A stretch of DNA of 64,000 bases from Lama glama (lineage: Eukaryota), in the NCBI GenBank assembly GCA_028534125.1, contig CM052846.1:7440001-7504000 (forward strand). Direction: 5' to 3'. Under the pieces are notes generated by a model. The model was not told the origin of the DNA, ran no database searches, and worked only from the letters and a program-made list of their open reading frames with translations. The translations under genes and the position numbers were made by a program. Of this stretch, positions 12,778 to 22,690 are shown piece after piece (the stretch's first letter is position 1; each line of letters opens with the position of its first letter).

Positions 12778-13070
12778 TGTTCATTCGTTCAGCACACTTT
12801 CAGTGAATATCTTTTGTACTAGGTTAGATGTTAGAGAAACTAAGATAAGTAAAACGTAGTCTCTACCGTCAAGGACTTCAGTCCAGAAGGGGAGGGAGAC
12901 ATAAACAAATGTAATTACAGTGTTATGTGACTAATGCACAGGACACGAGTAAGTGAACAGGTGCCAGTGACAGAGCCCCCAGCTCTGCCTGGGCGCTTAG
13001 GAGGCTGGAGGGGGTGATCTGAGTCCTGCAGGGTTAGTAGGACTTTGCAGGGAGCCAAAAAGGGAAGATG
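12778..13070 (-). mobile_element. LINE-2 3' end
   Basis: 'ttcattcgttcagc...gtctctaccgtcaaggacttcagtccagaaggggagggagacataaacaaatgtaattacag' matches the reverse L2 3' end. Confidence 0.75.
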
Positions 13071-13399
13071 GCCTTGCCACTGTGACTTATCTAGGTCATC
13101 TCCAGCGACATCCTCACTTCCTTTCCTAGAATTCTCCTTGCCAGGAAGGTTGGGACCATCTGACGTGAGTTGCCTCAACTTCCCTCCAGGTCACAGTTTC
13201 TCCCCGTCTTCTCTGCCTTCTTCTTGAATCAGAGGAGCAAGCATCTTCCTCTTTGCCAAGCCTGCGAGCTCTCCAAGCTTCTCTGCTCGTTCACAGGTTG
13301 TTCCACGCCTCTCTCTTGCATCTTTATTCTTTCCCTCCTTATAAGGTCCACCCTGATAATGAATAAGGCACAGCCCTGTCTGGGAGGGGAAAAAAACTC

Positions 13400-13740
13400 C
13401 TTTGAATTAACATCCACCTCTCACCCCACTTTTGTTACCAACTTTTCCAAAAGGTAAGTCTGCGCTTACTAACATCCCTCTCTGACCATCCCCTGTAACT
13501 TGGCTTCATCCTCCACCCTCCACGGGGTCTGTGCACTCACTTCATTGTTGTCCTCACTGTGCCACGACCTTGCCGTTCTCAGGGCTCACCCTCCTTTACA
13601 TCTCAGGAGTAGTGACTCACCTGCTTGCTTTAAAACTTCCTTTTCTCCTGCTATGACATAGCATTTTGCTCAGTCTCTTTGATGTTATTTCTCTTTCTCA
13701 GCCTTGCTAGCTCTTCCTTGATTTCTCTGTTTGAATCCAG
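13400..13740 (+). mobile_element. LINE-2 ORF2 fragment
   Basis: Pyrimidine-rich 'ctgtaacttggcttcatcctccacc...ctcctttacatctcagga...aaaacttccttttctcc' resembles the L2 RT region. Confidence 0.55.
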
Positions 13741-13890
13741 TAACTCTCACCAGCTCTTTCTTCAGTAGTTTTGTGATTCTTGTTTCTTCTGAATCTTACA
13801 TGCCAGCTTGCTTTATGATACCGTTTTCACAGACCAGATCTTATTCATGAGGACGGGAAGCAGCAGTGCAGAGTTTTTGGTTTTTGGTAG

Positions 13891-14102
13891 AGCAGTCTGA
13901 GCCAAATTGCCAGGGTTTGCATCCTGGTTTTGCTGTGTGACTTTGGATAAATTACTTAACCTCTCTGTGCTTATTTCCTTATCTGTAAAATGGGGGTAAT
14001 AATATCTTTCTGACAGTATTGTCGTGAGGATCAAATGAGTTAAAATGTATGAAGTGCATAGCATAGCGACTGGGACATGGTGAGAGCCTGGAAGTGTTAA
14101 TT
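13891..14102 (+). mobile_element. MIR SINE (well preserved)
   Basis: 'gctgtgtgactttggataaattacttaacctctctgtgcttatttccttatctgtaaaatgggggtaataata...gtgaggatcaaatgagtt'. Confidence 0.9.
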
Positions 14103-14216
14103 AGGTGCATTTACATCTGCCATGGCACCCAGCTCATGAGCAATGGTATTTATTAGACACATTTATTTAAAAATAACCAACTAATTTTAAATAATAGACA
14201 TGACATGTGTTCATTA

Positions 14217-14420
14217 TTACCACTGAGAGCTTACCATTGGCCAAATTTGGGGCCATCATTTTCTTGCTTTATCTCATTTAATCTACACGACAACCCTAGA
14301 ACTAGGTGGCAGTTTGTCTCCATTTTGCAGATGAAGCAACACAGTCCCTGAGGGGCTAGGGGGCCTGACCCAGTTCAGACAGCTTGTGGGGGAGAGCCAT
14401 GCTTCTCAACCACCGTGCTC
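14217..14420 (-). mobile_element. MIR SINE
   Basis: 'tatctcatttaatctacacgacaaccctag...ctccattttgcagatgaagcaac'. Confidence 0.8.
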
Positions 14421-14994
14421 TCGAGAGGTGCTCTGGAGGTGCCAGCTGGCTGGCACATCCAGGAACGTCCCTTTTCCCCCTTCCACAGCCACCCGACGTG
14501 GCTCCCTGGTGAATGCCCACTCCTCGTTACTGGGTGGGGTTTGAGAAGTTATGGTGTTTTATAAAGTTACGAAGCCAGCATTGGAACTGCATTGCCTGGC
14601 ATTCACCTGGGTCATCTAATTATTTCACTGGTGCTTCTTTGGATTCAGTGTCACATTTCAAGCTCTTGAGGGTGAGGGGTCCTGTCTTTTACTTACCTAA
14701 TGTCTCTCCTAGGACATCTGAGACAGTTCTGTGTGCAAACGTTTCTTATTGTTACACACAGCAGCTTGGAAGGTTTGACAGAACCAAATTCAGTTTGAAG
14801 GACCTTAGTGACATGACCCCTCACCAGCCCCTGACCAGCAATTCCTCTGAAGACCCTCAGGATCCCACTCCTGTCTCCTCCCCCACCTCCTTCTCCCTTG
14901 AAGTCAGAACTGGACCTCCTGGCCTGCCCCTCCCGTCCCCCACACCCAGCACTGTGTACTTCTTCCTCAAACGACGCAGCTCACTGGCCTTCCT

Positions 14995-15115
14995 AAGACA
15001 ACTGACTCCTATTGCAGGTCAGGGACCTCATCAACCTGTTTCATTTTCTTTGTGCGTAGCAGTGCTCAGTACGTAGAGGTTCTCAGCAAATGCTAATCCG
15101 ATAAGTAAATGAAGG
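14995..15115 (+). mobile_element. LINE-2 3' tail (a similar tail lies at about 14655-14750)
   Basis: 'gcgtagcagtgctcagtacgtagaggttctcagcaaatgct...taaatgaa' resembles the L2 terminus. Confidence 0.6.
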
Positions 15116-15675
15116 AGGCTTTTTAATTAAGCTTTCTGAATCTCCCTAGTAATTTGCAGATGGCAGTAACATTGGATTCCTTGGGGGCTTTGGAGAGGTG
15201 TCGGGGAAGATGTGGTCCCTGGGGGCAGGAGTGGTGGCAGCTGGGGGGCAGGTCTCTTCAGCTTGGCTGACAGGTGTCTCTGGCAGCCCTGCTTCCCACT
15301 GTCTCTGGCTCACCCGGAAACGTCATCCACATCTCCGCCTCCGCCGTCTAAGGTAGTCATGACTCCAGTGTCTCTGGCCTTTCCGCCGTACCCCTCGGCT
15401 GATCTCCCTCCAGAAGCGAGCCCCCGTTCCCACTCGCCTTCATTCCCCTAGTGAGTCCTGTTGAGCGCAATGATCTCCATGCAACTTCTGGATCAAGAAA
15501 TCCAGTTCACTTTCCTGTGTGCCAGCCTCAGTTACCCATCATTATTTTTTATTGGTTTGCTTTCATAAAGCCCTTTCACTCACTGAAGCATTGCTGTGGG
15601 CTTTTTTTTTTTTTTTGGACAAAGCGACAGAGGGAGTTTTATAATAATGTTGGCAGAGTGAACTGAATGATCAGT

Positions 15676-16055
15676 AATGTTGCTGAGTGTCTGGTACCAG
15701 AATCAGTGCTTTATATATTACTCTATTTAGTTCCTGAGTGGTGGCTAATGTGCTCTAGAGTTTGTACTGATCGAATTTGAATCGTGGCTTCCTTACCAGC
15801 TGCATGACTCTGGATGACTTACTTCAGCTCTCTATGCCTGCTTCCTTATGAGAAGGAGGGACATCTAATAGTAAATATTCCATAGAGTTGGTGTGAACGG
15901 GAAGTAAGGTAATTCATGTCAAGGGCTATGCATACTGTTTGGCACATAGTGAGTATGTGGTTATTATTATCATCTCTCACAATAAACCTGTTACACACGA
16001 TTTTAACAGACTGATAAAGAGAGGCTTAAAGTCTGGATTCAAGGTCCATGGATTA
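15676..16055. mobile_element. Nested MIRs: + strand MIR (about 15735-15972) inserted into a - strand MIR
   Basis: Outer reverse MIR breaks at '...tatttagttcct' and resumes at 'ctcacaataaacct...agagaggcttaaag...caaggtcc'; inner copy runs head to tail. Confidence 0.7.
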
Positions 16056-17866
16056 GCCACAGTGCACCCTGCCTGTTGGGTGCTGGCAGCCATACATTCT
16101 TGTTAGATTGGACCTGAAGACTTGGGCCAATTGGTCTTGAAAAGTAATGAGAGCTTCCGTCTTGTTAGCTGATCATTTTGAATTCTCTTTTTCCCAGGTG
16201 GTGTGTGCCAGGCCCTCTGGTCTTCTTCCCTCCTCCCTCCCCCCACCAGACTATAGGAATAAGCTTCTCAGTTTGCCAGGGCAGCGTAGCTCCCCGCTGT
16301 GGTTCAGTGGTCACATCCCAGTCGCCGACCTTCCCACCAGCTGTCACACCCTCTACCTGCTGCCAAGTGGCCTTGGAAGAATCATCCGAGTGATTTCCTG
16401 CCCCTGGAAACATCAAAGCCGTCCCTCTCCCTCTCCCCATTCTTTCTACTGAATGCGCCACTGGTTGGTATAAATGGAGACAAGTGTTCAGCAGCCTCCA
16501 CGACTTGGGGCGAATTCAGGGTCACGGGGGGTGGGGGTGGGGGGCTCGACGGTCAGGCAGGGAGGTGGAGTCCCAAGCAATGTCCAGGGATGTGACTGGG
16601 CACACGGGCCCTGAAAGCACCCATGAAAAATTCGATAGATGAGATGTGCAACCATATGCCCAACACCCTGCGTGGGTTTCCAAGGGGAAGCCCGCTGCCT
16701 CGAGTTATTATTTCTATATTGTGTAATCATCAGGCCATTGTTTTGAGATCATGTCAAAGATAACAAAGCATCAGAAGCCGCTTCTGCTGCTGAAGAACCA
16801 GTCAACCTCAACTAATACTTTAATGACCACTTTTCCCAACGAGAAAACAAATTCAGGCAAAAAAAAAAAAATGAAGCAGGTTGCTGAGGAGAACCTTGTC
16901 TGGTCAATGAAAAGAAGAAAGAGACGTCTGGAGCCATGGCAATGGAGCAGGGATTACTTTGATCTGGAAAATAGGTTTCTTTCTAAATAGGTTTCTTTCT
17001 TTTTTTTTTTTTTCCCTCCAGTGCTTTTTCTCAGGCAGCCAAGAGATGCTATTGAGTTTGATGAGGGAGGCCCTTTCAGAACGAAGGGGCACCTCGGAGG
17101 GGAATTGAATGACCGCTTTCATGGGCAGCAACTTTAATAGTCTCATGTTTGAAAAATATGCAATTAAAGGAAATACAATTACAAATAGCTCCTATTTGTT
17201 GCTTTAAAAATACTATCGATTAGCTGAAAAATGGGAGTGAGGTGTGCAGGATGATTATGTTAAGAGTAAACTGCAGATGGTCGGAGGGAAACACATCCAC
17301 ACAGAGAGACACGGCCTGGTCCCACCCCCAAGGAGCCGGGAGAGAGGGCACCTGCAGTGAATCACAAGCTCCTTATTCCTTCACGTATTAGAGAACGACT
17401 TTCAGAGAAAGTCTTGCCCACCAGAGTTTGTAATCACTTTCTTCGTGTCAGTACTGTTAATAAAAATATAAGTGTTGTGGGCTAAGAATTCAGTTTCTTG
17501 TAAGCGTAACCTATAGCAGTTGGGTTCGTGCATGAGAACGATGCTTTTTAATGAATGCTCTTTGGGCGTTTTAAATGAAACAATAGGGATCCTGGGCAGT
17601 TTGTTCTCGCATTTTCCACTGATACGGCCTTTACCTTGCAGCCCCCTGCCAAGTCCCTCTCCATCCCGCAACCACCTGTCTGCCCATGACGTCCTAGCTC
17701 CTCTCAGACCTTGCCCTGTGTTAATTGGAAAATATTCAGCAAACAAGGGGATATTTTGTCTTTAGCGGAGGATAAAGGAAGACTTTGTCCTTCCCGAAAT
17801 AGATGGAAACATCTCTGGCTATTCTTTTAAGAGATTTCCAAAATCTTTGTCCAGGTAACCTGCCTC

Positions 17867-17880
17867 GTTGTCATGGCAAC
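17867..17880. promoter_or_regulatory. RFX X-box motif (candidate)
   Basis: GTTGTCATGGCAAC, the exact reverse complement of the 7427 site. Confidence 0.55.
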
Positions 17881-18119
17881 CACCGGATGGTTCCTCTCTC
17901 CTTCGTCTTTTCTCTTTGCCTTCCCGGGTTTATTTAACACTTTAATGACTGATCTACAGCTGCCATTTGAAAGCGGATGCTCTCCTCCTCTGCGTACTAG
18001 TGGAAAAAAAGGAGACTGTTCTCCCTGGAAAAGTGGACCATAGATTTGTGTGTCCCTATGTTGTACACAAATTAACCCAAGATGCTGGTGAAATTTTTCA
18101 TTTTCTGTTTTATGCTAAA

Positions 18120-18320
18120 GTTTGATAAGCGTTTATGCTGAGCTAGGCGTAGTGTGCTATAAGCTTTTATCTGTGTTTAATTCTCAAAAAAGTTCATGTG
18201 CTGGCCCTATTATTGTGCCCATTTTGAAGATGGGAACTACAAAGGTTGAGGAGTTTGCCCAACACCACCCAGCTCACAAGCAGTAACACAGGAAGGCAAG
18301 TCCTGACTCCATGGTCCAGG
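18120..18320 (-). mobile_element. MIR SINE
   Basis: 'tttaattctcaaaa...ctattattgtgcccattttgaagatgggaact...tttgcccaacaccacccagct'. Confidence 0.75.
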
Positions 18321-18967
18321 CATGGCTGTGTCACCAGAGTTTGAGGCAGTCTTTTCAGAGATGACCTATTGTTGGCTATGCCAGGTCACAGAGCTGGGAA
18401 TTCAGGCCTTTTTAGCATGAAAGGTGTTTATATCAGACCTAAGTAAGTGTGTCTTCACGGAATGGACCATTTGATATTGAAATGGGAGACTACGTGTTAT
18501 GGAATCTTCTCAGGAGTCTGACGGCAGAGAAGAATCCTCTCTGGAAGCAGAGGATGAGCTTTATAAAATAGCCCTTCAGATCTTTCAGGGTCTCCCGATT
18601 TCATTGTGTGGGGGGGCAGGCTGTTGTTCAGGGAAAAGACTCCACTGGCCCCTGGGGCAGGACAGCAGGGTAGACACAAGAGCACTATCTCTGGGGTCCC
18701 AGTGCACGCACAGATGGGCCGAGATCCAGAGAGGGGCCGGCCGCCCACCCCAGGGCTCAGTCGCTGTCCTGTGGCTCAGCTGGGAACTATCCATCTCAGC
18801 GTAACCAGGGACTCACCTGGAACTTTCAAGCCCCCTTACTAAACTCCTTCGCTTCACCCACACAGCCTGCCTGAGCTCCTCCCAAGCCCTTAATGCACGC
18901 GGGGACTTCGACTGGTCCCCTACCTCTTCAGCAACCGGTCTACTTGGGGGGGAGGACAGAGCCCTGG

Positions 18968-19155
18968 GGAGAAGTGCGGTCTCGGAGAGCCTGGCTGCCT
19001 GGGGCGGGCGCTCCTCTTAGCGGCTACTAGTGCCCTTGAGCCAGCTGTTCCACACCAGCCCCCGTTTTCTTACCAGTAAAATGGAGTGATGAGAGCGTCT
19101 GCTTTTCAGAGCGATCGGGAGGACTAAGTGAGGTGGTACGTGAGGCAAGCGTTGA
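18968..19155 (+). mobile_element. MIR SINE (GC-shifted)
   Basis: 'cgttttcttaccagtaaaatggagtgatgagag...gggaggactaagtgag'. Confidence 0.65.
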
Positions 19156-19877
19156 TTGTTGTTGTTACATGATTCTTAAAATTTCACGATAAATACCAAA
19201 CTCACCAAATACCTTCCATGCAGCCTCAGAGGCTGGGTAATCTGCTGCTCCTCTGGGCTTCTCTCGAACCTGCTACGGCTCTCTTGGCCTGACACTGTGG
19301 CTTCTTTGTCTGTCTCCCCTGATAACCTGAGCCGACTGGTGACGGGAGGACCGTGTCTTGCTCGCCAGCCCACAGCCTGGTGGTGTGCTTGCTGTTTGCC
19401 CTGGGACGGTGTCAGGGCTGGGAGGGCCAGGCTAGACTTGAGCAGGCTAGACTCAAGCTTTTGTTAGTGTCCCCCCGTAATGATCTAAGAAGTTTTCTGT
19501 TAACTTACTGCTGTCTTGGGCGCTGGTGGGGAGAGAGAGGAGAGATGTATTTACGTATTCCGTGCCTTCACAGAAAAGCCAAACAGAGTGTATTATGGTT
19601 CTAAGACATGACTGGCCAATTAATGCAGTGATACAGAGAAATCAGTATGAGACGGACTTTTGTCAGAGAGATACAAGCACAGGCCAGGCTTCCGGTGAAC
19701 CTGACAGGATGCAAAAGTTGCGGTGAAGCGGAGGGGAGTGATTCAGGAAGGGCGGAAGGCAGGAGTAACAGTGCAGAGCTGGGGACAAGCATCGGGCAGA
19801 TGTGGAAGGGTGGGGAGGGAGTGTGGCGGTCAGACCGAGGGGCTGGGGTCATGAACTCGCAGCTCTGTAGGTGATCA

Positions 19878-20072
19878 GCCTCAGAGTGGTTAAGAGCATG
19901 TGTTTTATAGTCAGACTAGGCAAGGTTTGAATGCTGGACTCAGCTGCCTACTGGGAAGTGACCTCAGGCAAAAAAGACTTGACTCGCAAAGCTTCAGTCA
20001 TCTTTCCTGTAAAACGGGAGTAGGAGCACCTCCTTGTAAGGCTGCTGCGAGGATTAAATGAGACGATGCCTG
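19878..20072 (+). mobile_element. MIR SINE
   Basis: 'agtggttaagagcatg...gtcagact...ggtttgaatgctgg...ctgtaaaacggga...gaggattaaatgag'. Confidence 0.85.
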
Positions 20073-21303
20073 AGTGAGTGAAAGTGAGTCTTCAGCTGTC
20101 GTTTGCTTTGTTACCAAACGTACCTTCCGAATCGCTTTCTTTTTCTTTTCCTAACTCTGGAGTTGGATGAGACATCGTATTTCCAAGTCCACTAAGGGAG
20201 CTCCGCTTAGTCCCCTTGCTGAAATTATCCCCATTTTATAACTGATTGAACATGCCTTCAACTACATGAATTGAAGTTAAAATTTGCAAAAGGTTGATCG
20301 TATTTCAGTAACCTGACAATCTCGTGAGGTGAACTGGGGGACTGTGGTTAATCTCATTTTCTTGTTGAGGCACCTGGGGTGTGGAAAGGTTGGAGAATTT
20401 CCCCAGAGTTGTTCAGTTAGTGAGTTGGGGCACCATTAGTACACTCAGCACTCCTGATACCAGTGTAATCACCTGCCCTCCCCCCGTACCAAATGGATGT
20501 GTGTTTCTGGTGACTGGCTTTGGTGAAACCAGAGACCCACCGATGTCTGCCAGATCCTTTTAGAATTTGTTCACCTTGTCATAGTTTAAAAACTTCATAA
20601 AGTGAGAATGTATAAAGGCATTTCAAGGGCAGTGATTTTGCATTCATTATCTCTAAAGAACTATTGAAAAAGGAATATAAAGAAGAAATCAATTTACCAG
20701 ATATCGGCCTCTAAAGCACCAAGAATCAATTGTACCAGGCAGAGAGAGCCAACAGGGACCTTGTGCTCCCTGCGTCTAGACAGACGGTGGGCAGTGTATA
20801 TCCCAGATATGTTATGGTTCATTGTGGAGATTTTTGTTTATTTTGAGCTCTTGGAGTTGATGCTATTATTTTTGGTTTGGAGTATTTGGCTCTATTAAGT
20901 GATGCTGGCAGAAAGCCCCATCACCATCTTCCAACAACCAGAAGGGAGCCTTTTTAAGGAGGTTTGGGCAGCTGTTTGTAGCGTAAATTCCTTCTCAGGT
21001 GCTACAAGAGCAATTGAATGCTTCTCCCAACCTGGAAACTGAGTAGATTCTGTGTTTGAAATTCTTTGCAGACTGCTGGAGATTTTTATTTTTTAGCCTC
21101 ATTTCTGGAATTCATGTGGTGATAGACTTCTTTCATTTTGTCTCGAAGCAAATATGATAAAAGATCTGAAGCACAAGCACACTTAGCTCCTGACGGTCTC
21201 TGGGAATACACACATATGGAACGGTTGTACCTGTCACTGGTCTTGCTTTATCTGGGACTAAGACATTTGATAATTTGATACACTAGTGAGATTATTGAGC
21301 ACT

Positions 21304-21343
21304 GTTTTGTTTTGTTTTGTTTTGTTTTGTTTTGTTTTGTTTT
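21304..21343. repeat. (GTTTT)8 microsatellite
   Basis: Seen directly. Confidence 0.95.
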
Positions 21344-21509
21344 TAACATCCAAGAACCATCAGTCATTGTTCAAAGACAAATTTCACAAATGAAATCAAC
21401 AATCTAGTTAGGATGCTGCTGCTCAGGCTGCGTGACCGAGCCGTCTGTTTCAAATGGCAAATTGTGGGAATTTCTTTGCCATTTTATTGTGGGGAAAAGG
21501 GTGGTATTT

Positions 21510-21634
21510 ATTTGTTTGTTTAGGAAGGTAATTAGGCTTATTTATTTATTTATACCTAGCAGAGGTAGTGGGGCTCGAACCCATGACCTCATGCGTACTA
21601 GGCATACACTTCACTACTGAGTTATACCCCACCC
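21510..21634 (-). mobile_element. Camelid tRNA-derived SINE (Vic-1-like)
   Basis: Minus strand reads GGGTGGGGTATAACTCAGTAGTGAAGTGTATGCCTAGTACGCATGAGGTCATGGGTTCGAGCCCCACTACCTC...AAATAAATAAGCCTAATTACCTTCC followed by an A-rich tail; A/B boxes present; 8-bp TSD TGGTATTT at 21502-21509 and 21635-21642. Confidence 0.9.
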
Positions 21635-22339
21635 TGGTATTTTTAAGATAAATCTTTGAAACATCTGGTACAAGGTGATGGCATGATAGAATGTTAGAGC
21701 TGGAAAGCACCACAAAATAACGGATGTCACCGAGGTCCTGATTGTCTCCTACCAGAGATGGGTTATCTGCGCATAGAATCACAGTTCACATTGAGAAAGG
21801 ACCCTGGCAGCGAAGATAGGATTTAAGAAATTCCACATACACCATTACCCTGATGGCTGTACAGTTTGTACTAATTTACAGTCTTCTTCAGGCATTTCAT
21901 TCAATGATAAGTTTTAGTAGTTTTAGTGCGTAATCAACTTTGTGTTGAAAGACTTTATTACATGTCAACAGACGCGGCTACACGTCTGGGACTTTATCTG
22001 ACATCGATGCCCTGGGTCGTGAGCCCCACTCCCAAGTTTTGTTGTGTTGTCTACGTCTAATACACACACTGTATACTCTTGGTATGTTGCAATGTTCAGT
22101 GTCCTTAGACTCACCTCCCCAAGTTGATAAATTATTAAAATAAACATCTTTTAGGTTACATTAGGCGGTTAGATACTTGTTTTATTCCAAAGTAGTCTCC
22201 CTGGAAAATTCTAACATCTATGTATAGATAAATATGTCAGTGCTAATTAGTCCTAAATTAACATGGAATTCTTACTTACATCTTACTGAAATCCTCTGTG
22301 TGTTATGGTTTAAACAGATGTCCCCCAGTACAGACAAGA

Positions 22340-22690
22340 GTACCAGCCATCTTTTCTTCCCCCAGTATAAAAATGTTAGCTCTACCTTCAAAATATGGCC
22401 TTAGTCCTTTTATTTGTGTCCCTACTGCTACCACCCTAGTTCAGGTCATCCTCATTTCTCACCTGGACTGCCGTGTGAGTGCTCAGAGGGTCCAGGACTC
22501 CTGCATGGCCTCCTAATGGGCCACCTGGCGTCGTCTTTTCGCCACTTCAAGATCCAGTCTTCACCTTGTAGCCAGAGTTGCATTTTTAAAGGCATGACAA
22601 ACCATGTCACTCTTTTGCTTAACGTTCTCCAGTCATACTTAGAATGAAATCCAAATGTCTTACTTTGGTCTACAAAGCTCTGTGGCATTC
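22340..22690 (+). mobile_element. LINE-2 fragment
   Basis: 'ctaccttcaaaatat...ctactgctaccaccctagttcaggtcatcctcatttctcacctggact...catgtcactcttttgcttaacgttctccag...aaatccaaa'. Confidence 0.85.

Noticed and set aside
14513-15076. 187-aa Pro/Ser-rich ORF
   Set aside because: Overlaps two L2 tails and a C-rich low-complexity stretch; no recognisable homology
21560-21634. tRNA-like sequence
   Set aside because: It is the head of a SINE with tail and TSD, not a tRNA gene
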